Shown: positions 23,006 to 33,572, numbered from the stretch's first letter. The stretch is DNA of 48,628 bases from Acholeplasmataceae bacterium (GCA_038117465.1 JAYOFY010000001.1:9384-58011); one strand, 5' to 3'. Numbers and translations are program-made. The notes: generated from the sequence alone by a model not told the origin.

Positions 23006-24286
23006 ATGCATTTAGAATCTTTATTGTCTCAATTACGCGAAGAATTAAATCAAAAACCATTTTTAATTTCTGTGAGTGGTGGCGTTGATTCAATGGTGTT
23101 ATTACACGCACTTAAAGAATTAAAGCCAGTTGTTGTTCACTTCAATCACCACAAAAGAAAAGCATCTATCAAAGACGAACAATTTGTGTCTTCTTTTTGT
23201 TTAAATGAAAGGCTTACTTTAATAACAGAAGATATCCATGTTACACATGGTAATTTTCAATCAGAAGCCCATCATCAAAGGCAAAATAAACTCATTCATA
23301 TCGCAAAGAAACATCAACTCACTCACGTACTTACAGCACATCACCTTGATGATCATGTAGAAACACTCTTGATGCAAATTCAACTACACGGCAATAAAAG
23401 ACTGAACCTTGGACTAAAAGAAAAAAACATCATTAAAGACATTATCTTTTATAAGCCGTTGCTTACAATCAAAAAAAAATATCTTTATGAATATGCTAAA
23501 AAACATCAATTAAATCATATAGAAGACGTCTCAAATCAAAAAAACATTTACACCAGAAATACAATAAGAAACACATTGTTGCCTAAGTTATATCAATCAG
23601 ATCCTGATATCAAAGAAAAAATCATTGCATATTTACAAAGAGTTCATAAGATTTATCCAAATATTCAGCATGAAGCATCGACTTATGTCAAAGACATTCT
23701 CTCGAAGCATGTTCTTTCTCAATGTCAACATTTACTTCTAAGAGAAATCATTTATCAATGGTTGTTGAGACATCATGTTACACCAAAAACATCTTATATG
23801 GATGATGTTATCAAAGGGATACATAATGAGAAACCTAATTTTTCGATTTTATTAGAAAAAAATCAACAAGTTCTTTTCTCATATGATGCAATTTCAATTC
23901 AATCTCTATCTCATCTAAACACTTTAATTCAAGATGTTCTTAAAGAAAATGTTTTATTTGATAATAAACACGTTTCCATATTTTTCGATAATAAACCAAA
24001 CAACATTCAAGCAAGTACCGAAATATGTTATAATAAATTGATTTTCCCGCTTACTGTAAGGTACCGAAAAGCGGGAGATGTTTTATCCTTTCATTATGGT
24101 CATAAAAAACTTAAAAATCACTTAATCGATATCAAATATCCAAAACATTTAAGAGATTCGTTGCTCGTGATAGCAGATCAACAGCAAACAATCATTTTTG
24201 TTGAAAATGTTTATATAAACAAAACGTTAGGAGATAGCCATACATTGTATTTGGCTTTGGAACCACATGATGACACACGATATTGA
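23006..24286 (+). CDS. tilS: tRNA(Ile)-lysidine synthase
   Basis: 426 aa with PP-loop SVSGGVDSMVLLH ~25 residues from the start. tilS-hpt-ftsH synteny. Confidence 0.9.
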   Translation: MHLESLLSQLREELNQKPFLISVSGGVDSMVLLHALKELKPVVVHFNHHKRKASIKDEQFVSSFCLNERLTLITEDIHVTHGNFQSEAHHQRQNKLIHIAKKHQLTHVLTAHHLDDHVETLLMQIQLHGNKRLNLGLKEKNIIKDIIFYKPLLTIKKKYLYEYAKKHQLNHIEDVSNQKNIYTRNTIRNTLLPKLYQSDPDIKEKIIAYLQRVHKIYPNIQHEASTYVKDILSKHVLSQCQHLLLREIIYQWLLRHHVTPKTSYMDDVIKGIHNEKPNFSILLEKNQQVLFSYDAISIQSLSHLNTLIQDVLKENVLFDNKHVSIFFDNKPNNIQASTEICYNKLIFPLTVRYRKAGDVLSFHYGHKKLKNHLIDIKYPKHLRDSLLVIADQQQTIIFVENVYINKTLGDSHTLYLALEPHDDTRY

Positions 24287-24818
24287 AGAAATTCTTGTTT
24301 CTAAAGATGAAATTGAAACCATTTGTAAATCCCTTGGTAATCAAATTACAAATGATTATAAACATAAAAAACCACTACTTATAGGTTTATTAAAAGGATG
24401 CATTCCTTTTATGTCTGATTTGGTAAAACATATCGATTTATATGTCGACATGGAGTATTTATCTGTCAGTAGCTATCACGGTGGTATTGCATCCACTGGA
24501 GATGTCAAAATAAAAAAAGATTCTGATATATCTTTTAAAGATCGAGATATTATTATCGTTGAAGATATTGTGGATACTGCGAACACAATTACAACGATGT
24601 TGGAGTTATTTAAAAACCGTGGTGCATCCTCAGTGAAGGTTGTCACACTGTTAGACAAACCAGGTGGGCGCTTAAAACCTTACACACCTGATTATATAGG
24701 TACCACTATCCCAAATAAATTTGTTGTTGGATATGGGTTAGATTACAACGAATTATATCGAAACTTGCCTTACGTAGGCATATTAAAAAAATCTGTTTAT
24801 TCTAATAAGGAGTCTTAA
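24267..24818 (+). CDS. hpt: Hypoxanthine-guanine phosphoribosyltransferase
   Basis: 183 aa with PRPP motif IIIVEDIVDTANT. Overlaps tilS by 20 nt. Confidence 0.93.
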   Translation: MMTHDIEEILVSKDEIETICKSLGNQITNDYKHKKPLLIGLLKGCIPFMSDLVKHIDLYVDMEYLSVSSYHGGIASTGDVKIKKDSDISFKDRDIIIVEDIVDTANTITTMLELFKNRGASSVKVVTLLDKPGGRLKPYTPDYIGTTIPNKFVVGYGLDYNELYRNLPYVGILKKSVYSNKES

Positions 24819-24822
24819 TTAA

Positions 24823-26745
24823 ATGACAAAAAAACCGAACACACCATTAAAGAAAAAGCCTGATTATTTAGTCATTATATTCACCCTAATTATTGTACTG
24901 GGGGTTTTTCTATTTTTAAGAAGTGCTTTAGAAGAACCTACTCAAGCACTATCTACATTAGAAATTACTGAAGCTGCAAACCAACAAGACATTGAGTATT
25001 TTTCTTATACGCTTGTCGGTGGTGATAACTTTGATTTAGTAAATGTTTCTGGTGTCATTAAAGCTGCGAGTGCATCTAATTATGGAGATATACGTCAATT
25101 TACTGGAATTATGCGCATTGATGAAGCAGACACAATTGCTTCACAAGTTGAATTATCTGGTGGTACAACTGAGATTGTACCCTTATCAGGTGTTACATTT
25201 TGGACCGTTCTCATTAACATTTTACCGATTGGTTTATTTTTAATTGTTTTATTTATTATTTTTAGAAATGCCAATAATCAAAATAACCGTGCCTTTGATT
25301 TCTCTAAAAATCGTGCAAAATTAAATCGTGAAAAAACAGTGACATTTAAAGATGTTGCTGGTGTTGACGAAGAAAAAGAGGAATTAGAAGAAATCATTGA
25401 TTTCCTTAAAACACCTAAAAAGTATGCCGATATGGGTGCAAGAATTCCTAAAGGTGTCTTGCTCGTTGGGGCACCTGGTACTGGTAAAACATTACTTGCA
25501 AAAGCAGTTGCAGGTGAAGCAAACGTACCCTTCTTTTCAATTTCAGGTTCTGATTTTGTTGAAATGTTTGTCGGTGTAGGAGCTTCTCGTGTCCGTGATT
25601 TATTTAAGGTTGCGAAAGAAAACTCGCCTTGTATTATCTTTATTGATGAAATTGATGCGGTTGGACGTCAACGTGGTGCTGGTTTAGGTGGTGGTCACGA
25701 TGAACGTGAACAAACATTAAACCAACTTCTTGTTGAAATGGATGGATTTACTGGTAACTTAGGTATTATTATTATGGCTGCAACAAACAGACCAGATGTA
25801 TTAGATCCAGCATTATTACGTCCAGGTCGTTTTGATCGTCAAATTACAATCGATTTACCAGACGTTAAAGGTCGTGAAGCCATTTTAAGAGTACATGGGC
25901 GAAACAAAAAAATTGATCCAAACATTGATTTTAAAGGATTAGCATTAAGAATCCCTGGCTTTAGTGGTGCAGATATCGAAAACTTGCTCAATGAATCTGC
26001 CTTACTTGCTGCCAGAGAAAACCGCACCATGGTCATTGAAAAAGATTTAGATGAGGCAATGGACCGCGTACGTATGGGTCCTGCAAAAAAATCTCGTAAA
26101 TTTACACCAACTGAAAAGAAAACCGTTGCATTTCATGAAGCGGGCCATGCCGTTATTGGTATTAAAGTGCCCCATGCAAACGTTGTTCAAAAAGTTACCA
26201 TCATTCCTAGAGGGCGTGCAGGTGGTTATAACTTAATGACGCCAGCCGAAGAAACCTTCTTAGAAACAAAACAATCACTTCTTGCGATGATCACAAGTTA
26301 TTTAGGTGGACGCGTTGCCGAAGAAATTAAGTTTGATACCGTGACAACAGGGGCTTACAATGATTTTCAAATGGCTACAAAAATTGCGCGTTCAATGGTC
26401 ACTGAATATGGTATGAGTCCACTAGGACCCATTCAATATGAAAATCAAGGTGGAAGCGTCTTTTTAGGTAGAGATTACTATAAAGAGAAAAATTTCTCAG
26501 ATCAAGTCGCACACGAAATCGATAAAGAAGTAAGAGATATCATTACTGAATGTTATGAAACCGCTAGAAAAATATTAACTGAGAATATGACATTGTTAGA
26601 TTCAATTGCAGAATATTTACTAAATATCGAAACCTTAACAAAAGCAGATATTGATGAAATTGTTGAAACAGGAAAACTTTCTTGGTGGGAAAAACAAGAA
26701 AAAGAAACTTCTAACCCTGTAGAAGAACCTAAAGATGAGGCTTGA
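24823..26745 (+). CDS. ftsH: ATP-dependent zinc metalloprotease FtsH
   Basis: 640 aa with two TM helices, [18 protein letters not shown] and HEAGHA. RBS AAGGAG. Confidence 0.97.
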   Translation: MTKKPNTPLKKKPDYLVIIFTLIIVLGVFLFLRSALEEPTQALSTLEITEAANQQDIEYFSYTLVGGDNFDLVNVSGVIKAASASNYGDIRQFTGIMRIDEADTIASQVELSGGTTEIVPLSGVTFWTVLINILPIGLFLIVLFIIFRNANNQNNRAFDFSKNRAKLNREKTVTFKDVAGVDEEKEELEEIIDFLKTPKKYADMGARIPKGVLLVGAPGTGKTLLAKAVAGEANVPFFSISGSDFVEMFVGVGASRVRDLFKVAKENSPCIIFIDEIDAVGRQRGAGLGGGHDEREQTLNQLLVEMDGFTGNLGIIIMAATNRPDVLDPALLRPGRFDRQITIDLPDVKGREAILRVHGRNKKIDPNIDFKGLALRIPGFSGADIENLLNESALLAARENRTMVIEKDLDEAMDRVRMGPAKKSRKFTPTEKKTVAFHEAGHAVIGIKVPHANVVQKVTIIPRGRAGGYNLMTPAEETFLETKQSLLAMITSYLGGRVAEEIKFDTVTTGAYNDFQMATKIARSMVTEYGMSPLGPIQYENQGGSVFLGRDYYKEKNFSDQVAHEIDKEVRDIITECYETARKILTENMTLLDSIAEYLLNIETLTKADIDEIVETGKLSWWEKQEKETSNPVEEPKDEA

Positions 26746-26968
26746 TAAATATTTAAAAGTATCACGTCTCATGAAAAGGCGTACAGTTGCAAAAGATGTT
26801 GCTCAAAAATCTAAAATAGATGTAAATGGGAAACCAGCAAAGCCGGGTTATCAATTAAAGCTTGGTGATACCATTGCCATTCATTACGCTGCAAAAACAA
26901 TTATTGTTAAAGTAACATCACTTCAAATGATCAAAGATCAAACGATGTATGATGTGATTCAAGCATAA
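26735..26968 (+). CDS. S4-domain RNA-binding protein (YabO/RqcP-like)
   Basis: 77 aa beginning [21 protein letters not shown] (S4 fold). Overlaps the ftsH stop by 11 nt. Confidence 0.8.
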   Translation: MRLDKYLKVSRLMKRRTVAKDVAQKSKIDVNGKPAKPGYQLKLGDTIAIHYAAKTIIVKVTSLQMIKDQTMYDVIQA

Positions 26969-27015
26969 CACTTTTGGCCATTTTATGGCCGTTTGTTATC
27001 ACTTAAGGAGTAGTC

Positions 27016-28494
27016 ATGGAAGACTTAGAACAAACGAGAATTCGAAAAGAAAAACTTGAATATTTAAAAGAAAAAGGCATAGATCCTTTTGGCTCTAAAT
27101 TTTTACGTACACATCATGCTAAAAGCATCAAAGACGCCTATGATTCGTTAACAAAAGAGGATCTAGAATCTCAAAAAATTGAAGTTTCTGTTGCCGGTCG
27201 TATCATGTTAAAACGTGGCCAAGGTAAAGCAGGATTTATGCACCTTAAAGATCGTAGCGGAACGATACAAATTTATGTGCGTTTAGATGATTTAGGGGAA
27301 GATCAATATGATGTTGTCTCTCACAGTGATTTAGGAGATATCGTTGGGGTTAATGGTTTTCTTTTTAGGACGAGAACCAATGAACTTACAATTCATGTAA
27401 CAAATTACACCCATTTAACAAAAGCATTACGTCCTTTGCCAGATAAATTTCACGGGCTTCAAGATAAAGAAATTGCAAGACGTAAACGCTATTTAGATTT
27501 ACTTACAAGTGATGATGCCTTGCGCGTTGCGATCTTACGTCCAAAAATAATACGTTCGATTCAATCTTTTTTTGATAATAAGGGTTTTATCGAAGTCGAA
27601 ACACCCGTACTTCAAAAAACACTGGGTGGCGCATCAGCAAGACCCTTTAGAACACATCATAATACATTGGATATGGATTTCAATTTAAGAATTGCAACAG
27701 AACTTCCTTTGAAAAAATTGCTTGTTGGTGGTTTGGAAGCTGTTTATGAAATTGGTAGACTTTTTAGAAATGAAGGCATGGATGCAAAACACAATCCAGA
27801 ATTTACAACCGTTGAAGCTTATCTTGCGTATTCTGATATGGAAGGCATGATGGATTTAGTTGAAGATGTCTTCAATCAAGTTGCTACAGAAGTATTAGGT
27901 ACAACAGAAGTTTTCTATCAAGAAGAAACAATACATTTTACAAAACCGTTTAAACGCATCCATATGGTAGATGCGATCCAAGAAAAAACGGGTATTAACT
28001 TCTTTGAAATCGTGTCATTAGATGATGCAAAATCGCTTGCTAAAAAACACAACATACATGTTGAAAAACACTTTGAATATGGTCATATTGTAGAAGCTTT
28101 CTTTGAACAATTTGTAGAAGAAACACTCATTCAACCAACGTTTGTCTACGGACATCCAATAGAAATTAGTCCACTGGCTAAGAAAAATATAGATGATCCA
28201 AGATTTACAGAACGTTTTGAATTATTCATTGTAAAAAGTGAGTTTGCGAATGCGTTTTCTGAACTTAATGACCCAATCGATCAAAAAGAACGTTTCGATG
28301 CACAACAAGCACAAAAAGCACTTGGTAACGATGAAGCAAATGATGTTGATCATGACTTTTTAGAAGCATTAGAATATGGTATGCCACCTGCTGGAGGTCT
28401 CGGTATCGGTATCGATAGACTGATTATGTTGCTTACCAATACACCAAATATTCGTGATGTCATCTTATTTCCTCATTTAAAAACAAAAGAATAA
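27016..28494 (+). CDS. lysS: Lysyl-tRNA synthetase (class II)
   Basis: 492 aa with an OB N-domain, FRNEG and GGLGIGIDRL. RBS AAGGAG. Confidence 0.97.
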   Translation: MEDLEQTRIRKEKLEYLKEKGIDPFGSKFLRTHHAKSIKDAYDSLTKEDLESQKIEVSVAGRIMLKRGQGKAGFMHLKDRSGTIQIYVRLDDLGEDQYDVVSHSDLGDIVGVNGFLFRTRTNELTIHVTNYTHLTKALRPLPDKFHGLQDKEIARRKRYLDLLTSDDALRVAILRPKIIRSIQSFFDNKGFIEVETPVLQKTLGGASARPFRTHHNTLDMDFNLRIATELPLKKLLVGGLEAVYEIGRLFRNEGMDAKHNPEFTTVEAYLAYSDMEGMMDLVEDVFNQVATEVLGTTEVFYQEETIHFTKPFKRIHMVDAIQEKTGINFFEIVSLDDAKSLAKKHNIHVEKHFEYGHIVEAFFEQFVEETLIQPTFVYGHPIEISPLAKKNIDDPRFTERFELFIVKSEFANAFSELNDPIDQKERFDAQQAQKALGNDEANDVDHDFLEALEYGMPPAGGLGIGIDRLIMLLTNTPNIRDVILFPHLKTKE

Positions 28495-28500
28495 AAATAA

Positions 28501-28525
28501 AGCCACTCTTGTGAGTGGCTTTTTT
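28501..28525. terminator. Bidirectional terminator between convergent lysS and the 184-aa ORF
   Basis: agccactc-ttgt-gagtggct followed by ttttt. On the other strand the stem is followed by TTTATTTTTATT. Confidence 0.8.
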
Positions 28526-28530
28526 AATGT

Positions 28531-29085
28531 TTATTCAATAATGCCTAATTCATCAGCAATTTCTAAATAAATATCATCGATTGGATAGAAATCTACTTTT
28601 AATCTTTTAAACATTGTATATGTTAGTTCATCTAAATCTTTAAACATTTGAATAGGTATCGGTTCTTGATTAGACATTTTTTCAATGAGTTGTTTTTCAA
28701 AATCCATCAATTGATCTAAATCTTCTTGTTCAAACTCTTCTAATCCTAATATTTCTTGCTGAAATTCGATAGTCGATAATAACAAGTTCACTTCTTTGGC
28801 ATTTTTTTCTAACAACTGTACATCTTGTTGAAAATACTTTTTTAATATTGTTTCGATTTCATCAATTTGATCAGCCAAATAATAAAAACCTGTTTGGAAA
28901 ATATTCAATTCATCCTCAGTATAGGATAAAGAGTCTACCATCTTTGTATATAAGTGCTCAACTACATGAAACACGTGTTTAAAACGCAACATTAAAGAAG
29001 ACTCTAGATGAATGAGTGTTTGAAGAAAATCATGTTTATCTAATTTCCAACTCGCATATTCATGATATACGTGTTCTTCGTTCAT
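28531..29085 (-). CDS. Hypothetical acidic, helix-rich protein (184 aa)
   Basis: ORF only; no motif recognised. It has no obvious signal peptide. Confidence 0.55.
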   Translation of the reverse strand: MNEEHVYHEYASWKLDKHDFLQTLIHLESSLMLRFKHVFHVVEHLYTKMVDSLSYTEDELNIFQTGFYYLADQIDEIETILKKYFQQDVQLLEKNAKEVNLLLSTIEFQQEILGLEEFEQEDLDQLMDFEKQLIEKMSNQEPIPIQMFKDLDELTYTMFKRLKVDFYPIDDIYLEIADELGIIE

Positions 29086-29097
29086 TTTAACCTCAAA

Positions 29098-29964
29098 TTA
29101 TGCTTTATTGACTGAACCAAACAACGTAAGTTTCGTTTTAATCACTTCTTTAATTGCTTCTGTTCCTGGTTTTAATAGTTTTCTCGGGTCGAATCCTTTA
29201 CCTTGTTGATCCAGACCTTGTTCAATATATTCACGTGTAGCTTTTGCAAATGCAAGTTGGCATTCCGTGTTTACATTAATTTTAGAAACTCCTAAAGAGA
29301 TCGCTTTTTTTACCATGTCATCAGGAATACCAGAACCACCGTGTAATACAAGTGGCACACCACCTGTTACATCTTGAACTTCTTTTAAAACATCAAAGTT
29401 AAGTCCTGTCCATGATGGTGGATACATACCGTGAATATTTCCAATTCCTGCTGCAAACATATCCACACCAGTTGCTGCAATTTGACGGCATTCTTCTGGA
29501 TCTGCGATTTCACCACCACCAATAACGCCATCTTCTTCACCACCAATAGATCCTACTTCTGCTTCTACAGAAACACCTTTTGCGTGACACATTGTGACAA
29601 CTTCTTTTGTTTTTGCTAAGTTTTCGTCAAATGGATAGTGAGATCCATCAAACATAATAGATGTAAATCCTGCATCAAGTGCTTTTTTTGCACCATCATA
29701 TGAACCATGATCTAAATGGACTGCAACCGGTACTGTAACCCCTAAGAAATCATGAACTTCTTTTACCATACCCATCACGTTTTTATAGCCACCCATATAT
29801 TTTGCTGCACCTTCAGAAACACCTAAAATTACTGGTGATTGAAGCGCTTCTACTTCTTCAAGCGTGGCTTTTATCCACTCCAAGTTATTAATGTTAATCT
29901 GGGCAATACCATACCCCTCTTTGTGTGCTTTTAAAAGCATATCACGTGCTGAAACTAATGCCAT
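29098..29964 (-). CDS. fba: Class II fructose-1,6-bisphosphate aldolase
   Basis: 288 aa with VAVHLDHG and LVLHGGSGIP. Confidence 0.95.
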   Translation of the reverse strand: MALVSARDMLLKAHKEGYGIAQININNLEWIKATLEEVEALQSPVILGVSEGAAKYMGGYKNVMGMVKEVHDFLGVTVPVAVHLDHGSYDGAKKALDAGFTSIMFDGSHYPFDENLAKTKEVVTMCHAKGVSVEAEVGSIGGEEDGVIGGGEIADPEECRQIAATGVDMFAAGIGNIHGMYPPSWTGLNFDVLKEVQDVTGGVPLVLHGGSGIPDDMVKKAISLGVSKINVNTECQLAFAKATREYIEQGLDQQGKGFDPRKLLKPGTEAIKEVIKTKLTLFGSVNKA

Positions 29965-30030
29965 ACGTTTAAATCTCCTTTTATCTTTTCATCTTTATTA
30001 TACATTTTTTAATCCATTTTAATACAAGAA

Positions 30031-30051
30031 AAAAGTCTCTTAGAGACTTTT
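30031..30051 (-). terminator. Rho-independent terminator after rpoE
   Basis: The minus strand reads AAAAGTCTC-TAA-GAGACTTTT followed by TTCTTG. It overlaps the rpoE stop codon. Confidence 0.75.
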
Positions 30052-30643
30052 AATCTTCGTCATACATATCTTCGTAATCATCCATGATTTCGTTATAATC
30101 ATCGTCATCGAAATCATCATCAAAATCAAGATCGACATCATCACCGTCATCTTCATCTGTTGATTTCATAGAAATTTCTACATCTATGTATTCTTTTTCT
30201 TCTTTTATTGCTTCAATCTCTTCTTCATCTTCAATAATTTCAACATCTTCTTCGTCGTCTTCATCATCTTCTAGGACAAGCTCTTCCTCTTCTTCTTCTG
30301 AAGGCAAGGTAATATCGTCAATATTGAAGTCTGTGAATTCAATGTCTTCTTCTATTTCTTCTTCACTTGTATCTGCGTCTCCGACATATGCGAAGCTTTC
30401 TTTATCCCACAAGTCTAAGTTGTTTTCTTTTAAATTCCATTGGTTATCACCACAAAATACAAACTTTGCACTGTGTGTTAAGTCTAAATAAAAAGCATTT
30501 AGCTTTTGAAAATCATTAGAATCAAAGCCTTTTACTTCAAAAATATAATTAATAATATCTTGAAGTGGTGTGTCTTCATTTCTTTCTCTAATGTAGAGTT
30601 CTGCAAGCTCTAGCATAGATAATGTGTTGTTGGTTTTATTCAT
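30050..30643 (-). CDS. rpoE: RNA polymerase delta subunit
   Basis: 197 aa with an N-terminal delta-type domain (SMLELAELYIRE...), then a ~100-aa Asp/Glu tail. RBS AGGAGG. Confidence 0.85.
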   Translation of the reverse strand: MNKTNNTLSMLELAELYIRERNEDTPLQDIINYIFEVKGFDSNDFQKLNAFYLDLTHSAKFVFCGDNQWNLKENNLDLWDKESFAYVGDADTSEEEIEEDIEFTDFNIDDITLPSEEEEEELVLEDDEDDEEDVEIIEDEEEIEAIKEEKEYIDVEISMKSTDEDDGDDVDLDFDDDFDDDDYNEIMDDYEDMYDED

Positions 30644-30666
30644 TCACGCCTCCTAAAAACGTACCT

Positions 30667-30695
30667 ATTGTACAGTAAAGTATGTGCATTTGCAA
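30667..30695 (-). promoter_or_regulatory. rpoE promoter TTGCAA-17 nt-TACAAT
   Basis: Minus strand: TTGCAA (30690-30695), 17-nt spacer, TACAAT (30667-30672). ~24 nt upstream of the ATG. Confidence 0.6.
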
Positions 30696-30699
30696 GTGT

Positions 30700-30966
30700 T
30701 TATGCTGACATCGCAAGTACAATGACTAAGATGACTGCAATGACAATAAAAAGCTTAAGCATTTTCTTAACAAATTGAATGGTGCCTAAAACAATAATAA
30801 CAAGCAATAATATCGCACCTGGAATTTTAATTAGTTCAGGTAATGGCCGAATCACTTGGTCATAAAAATCAAGAATTAAACCATCAAAACCAATTAAATT
30901 TTGAAGAAATCCATTGATGTCTCCAAAAATATTATTGATAACATTTAAAATACCACTTGATTCCAT
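30700..30966 (-). CDS. Small hypothetical membrane protein (88 aa)
   Basis: ORF with two C-terminal hydrophobic helices (IPGAILLLVIIVLGTIQF, LFIVIAVILVIVLAMS). Lies between recR and rpoE. Confidence 0.55.
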   Translation of the reverse strand: MESSGILNVINNIFGDINGFLQNLIGFDGLILDFYDQVIRPLPELIKIPGAILLLVIIVLGTIQFVKKMLKLFIVIAVILVIVLAMSA

Positions 30967-30978
30967 AATACCCCCTTG

Positions 30979-31563
30979 TTAAAAGCCCTTCCTATTTTCC
31001 ACTGCTTTCGCAAGTGTTTGACTATCTGCATATTTAAAGTCGGTGCCTACAGGTAACCCGTATGCAAGTCTTGTGGTTTTGATAGAATCATTAAAAAGAG
31101 AATGAAGATATCTTGCGGTGAGTTCTCCTTCAACTGTACTGTTGGTTGCAATAATCATTTCTTCAAATTGAGATAAACGTTGTTGAAGTGTTTCTATATT
31201 TAAGTCTTCATTTGTGATCCCTCTAGAAAAATCAATCAAGTTACCTAATACATGATAATACCCACGGTAGGTTTGCATCTTTTCTAACACGATCACATCT
31301 TTTGCTTCCGCAACAACCATCAAAATAGGTTCTCTATTCGTATCTTTACACACAAAACATGATGAATCGTCAGTAATCATATGACATGTTTCACATGTTT
31401 TAATGGTTGTATACGCCTCTTCAAGATCTTTTGAAAATGATAATACATCTTCTTTTGGTTGAGAAGTGATTAAATGAAGTGCGAGTCTTTCGGCTGTTTT
31501 TTCACCAATACCTGGTAATTTTTGAAAATCTTCAATGAGCTTTTCTAAACTTTTCGGATACAT
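30979..31563 (-). CDS. recR: Recombination protein RecR
   Basis: 194 aa with C4 finger CETCHMITDDSSCFVC and a Toprim region. TAATG overlap with ybaB. Confidence 0.95.
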   Translation of the reverse strand: MYPKSLEKLIEDFQKLPGIGEKTAERLALHLITSQPKEDVLSFSKDLEEAYTTIKTCETCHMITDDSSCFVCKDTNREPILMVVAEAKDVIVLEKMQTYRGYYHVLGNLIDFSRGITNEDLNIETLQQRLSQFEEMIIATNSTVEGELTARYLHSLFNDSIKTTRLAYGLPVGTDFKYADSQTLAKAVENRKGF

Positions 31564-31853
31564 TAGAATCCAAATCCACCCATGCCACCAGTAAATTGTC
31601 CCATGGTTTCTTCAGTTTCTTTTTCAATTTGTTTTAAAGCGTCATTGGTTGCCATAACGATGGCATCTTGAAGTAATTCTACTTCTGATAACAAATCTGG
31701 GTTAATTTCAACATCAAGAAGTTGTTTGGTCCCTTGAACAATCACGGTTACACCGCTTGCTTTTCCATAAAATTCTTTCGATTCTAACTTTTCTTGAGCT
31801 TCTAGCATTTGTTTTTGCATTTTTTTAAGTTTATTAAGCATATTTGGATTCAT
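31563..31853 (-). CDS. ybaB: Nucleoid-associated protein YbaB/EbfC
   Basis: Start moved to ATG 31853 (MNPNMLNKLKKMQKQMLEAQ...), which has an AAGGAA RBS. The longer track ORF start would overlap dnaX by >100 nt. C-terminus GGMGGFGF. Confidence 0.9.
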   Translation of the reverse strand: MNPNMLNKLKKMQKQMLEAQEKLESKEFYGKASGVTVIVQGTKQLLDVEINPDLLSEVELLQDAIVMATNDALKQIEKETEETMGQFTGGMGGFGF

Positions 31854-31854
31854 G

Positions 31855-33534
31855 TTATTTTCCTTTCTTAACCGCTTTATCACCAAAGTACTCTTTGGCA
31901 AGATCAAAAGCTTCATCTTTTTTAACTTGTTTTTCTGTCTTATATAATTGTAAGTCACGAGACGTCAATTTTGGTGTTTTATGCCCTTGTTTCCACAATG
32001 TGACATATTCCGCCTTAATTGCAAGCCAATCATTTTTTAATATGACATAATAGTCTTCGATGACTTTGGATTTAGCGTTTAAAATATCTAATACATCTTT
32101 TTTAATATCGTCTTCATACATTTTTAAGGCTGTATTTAAGTCATCATATACCAATAACATATGTGTTTCAGTAACAGCCTCAAGCGATCCTTCAAATAGG
32201 AGATGTGCAGAAAACTCTTTTCCGGGTTCGTCATAGTGTTCGAGTTTATGCCATGCTGATAACAATAATTCTTTTTTATTTTTGTCACTTGCATTTAAGA
32301 TATGTTCAACATCTGATACTGTAACAAGTGCTTCTCTATCATGTTGAGGTGGTTCAATCTGATGGTTGGTAGATTCAACATGTTCAAATTTGGAATGGGT
32401 TTCCACTTGTTTTGATTGTTTTAATTGCTCGATTTCTTGCCTTAGTGATTGTATCTCTGATTGAACATCAACAATTCTAATCACTTGGTGCTCAATCATT
32501 TTAACAACAGCAAGTTCAAGATACGTTTCTTTTTGTGTTGTGTATTTAATATCATAGGACAAATCATTAATGACATCTAAAAAATGATATAGTTTTTCAT
32601 AAGGTATATATTCTGCAATATCTTGATAAGAACCTTTTTTATTGGTTGCTTTTTCTTTTAGTATTTGTGATAAAGCTTCTGTAAGATCCGCAAGAATGCG
32701 TGTTACTTCTTTACCTTGATTCAGTTGTGTTTTAATCATATCTAAAGCTTTTGATGTTTCTTTATTAATGATCGCCTTTAATACGTTTTCCAAGTCTTTA
32801 TTTGATACTGCACCCGTGACTTGATAGACGATGCTTTCAGTGATTGCATCTGAAGCATATGCGCGTACTTGATCGAGCAAAGAAATGGAATCTCGTACAG
32901 ATCCACCACCTAAAGAAGCAATGGCTGATATTGCATCTGAAGTAATATTGATGGTTTCTTTTTCGCATATATCTTTAATTTTAGTTGCAATTTTGTCTTT
33001 TGCAACAAGTGTAAAATCAAAACGCTGACAACGTGATAAAATCGTTTGTGGAATTTTGTGAATCTCTGTTGTTGCAAGAATAAAAATAACGTGCTGAGGT
33101 GGTTCTTCAAGTGTTTTAAGTAGTGCATTAAATGCGCCTGTTGTAAGCATGTGCACTTCATCGATGATATATATTTTATACTTACCCAAACTCGGCATGA
33201 ATTTTACTTTATCTCTAATATCACGAATTTCATCAACACCGTTATTAGATGCAGCATCAAGTTCTATAATATCTGACATATCCGATGATTTGAGTGTATG
33301 TAAGACTTCACAATGATCGTATGTTTCGTTTTCTTCTTGAAAACAATTAATTGCTTTTGCAAATATTTTTGCAATCGATGTTTTCCCAGTTCCACGAGGT
33401 CCACTAAACAAATATGCATGGGACGTTTGATTAAATTTAAGTGCATTCGATAATGTCTGAATAACTGCTTCTTGACCAATCACATCATCAAATGTTTTTG
33501 GACGATAAGCACGATATAATGCGATATATGCCAT
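31855..33534 (-). CDS. dnaX: DNA polymerase III subunit gamma/tau
   Basis: 559 aa with GPRGTGKTS, IIDEVHMLT and LSRCQRFDF. RBS AAGGAGG. Confidence 0.95.
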   Translation of the reverse strand: MAYIALYRAYRPKTFDDVIGQEAVIQTLSNALKFNQTSHAYLFSGPRGTGKTSIAKIFAKAINCFQEENETYDHCEVLHTLKSSDMSDIIELDAASNNGVDEIRDIRDKVKFMPSLGKYKIYIIDEVHMLTTGAFNALLKTLEEPPQHVIFILATTEIHKIPQTILSRCQRFDFTLVAKDKIATKIKDICEKETINITSDAISAIASLGGGSVRDSISLLDQVRAYASDAITESIVYQVTGAVSNKDLENVLKAIINKETSKALDMIKTQLNQGKEVTRILADLTEALSQILKEKATNKKGSYQDIAEYIPYEKLYHFLDVINDLSYDIKYTTQKETYLELAVVKMIEHQVIRIVDVQSEIQSLRQEIEQLKQSKQVETHSKFEHVESTNHQIEPPQHDREALVTVSDVEHILNASDKNKKELLLSAWHKLEHYDEPGKEFSAHLLFEGSLEAVTETHMLLVYDDLNTALKMYEDDIKKDVLDILNAKSKVIEDYYVILKNDWLAIKAEYVTLWKQGHKTPKLTSRDLQLYKTEKQVKKDEAFDLAKEYFGDKAVKKGK

Positions 33535-33551
33535 GTGTTCCTCCTTTAAAT

Positions 33552-33560
33552 ATTATAACA
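33552..33560 (-). promoter_or_regulatory. Extended -10 element TGTTATAAT upstream of dnaX
   Basis: The minus strand reads TGTTATAAT-ATTTAAAGGAGG-AACAC-ATG, implying a very short leader. Confidence 0.5.
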
Positions 33561-33572
33561 CGACTTTGAGGA

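Noticed and set aside
26976-26997. Small hairpin ggccat-ttt-atggcc between the S4-domain gene and lysS, as a T-box or terminator
   Set aside because: It has only a 6-bp stem with a poor U tract. The 47-nt spacer is far too short for a T-box leader. At most it is a weak pause site.
30186-30491. 101-aa poly-Ser ORF on the + strand
   Set aside because: It is antisense to the GAA/GAT-rich acidic tail of rpoE. This is a low-complexity artefact.
31854-31958. N-terminal extension of ybaB (131-aa version), and likewise the tsaB extension at 12488-12526
   Set aside because: The extensions lie inside the upstream genes (dnaX, tsaE). Internal ATGs with good RBS give family-typical N-termini.
32910-33479. 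Alternative-frame ORFs inside dnaX (83 and 71 aa) as possible programmed-frameshift products
   Set aside because: They are Lys/Leu/Gln-rich frames typical of AT-rich shadow ORFs. I found no slippery heptamer plus structure, and no family resemblance.
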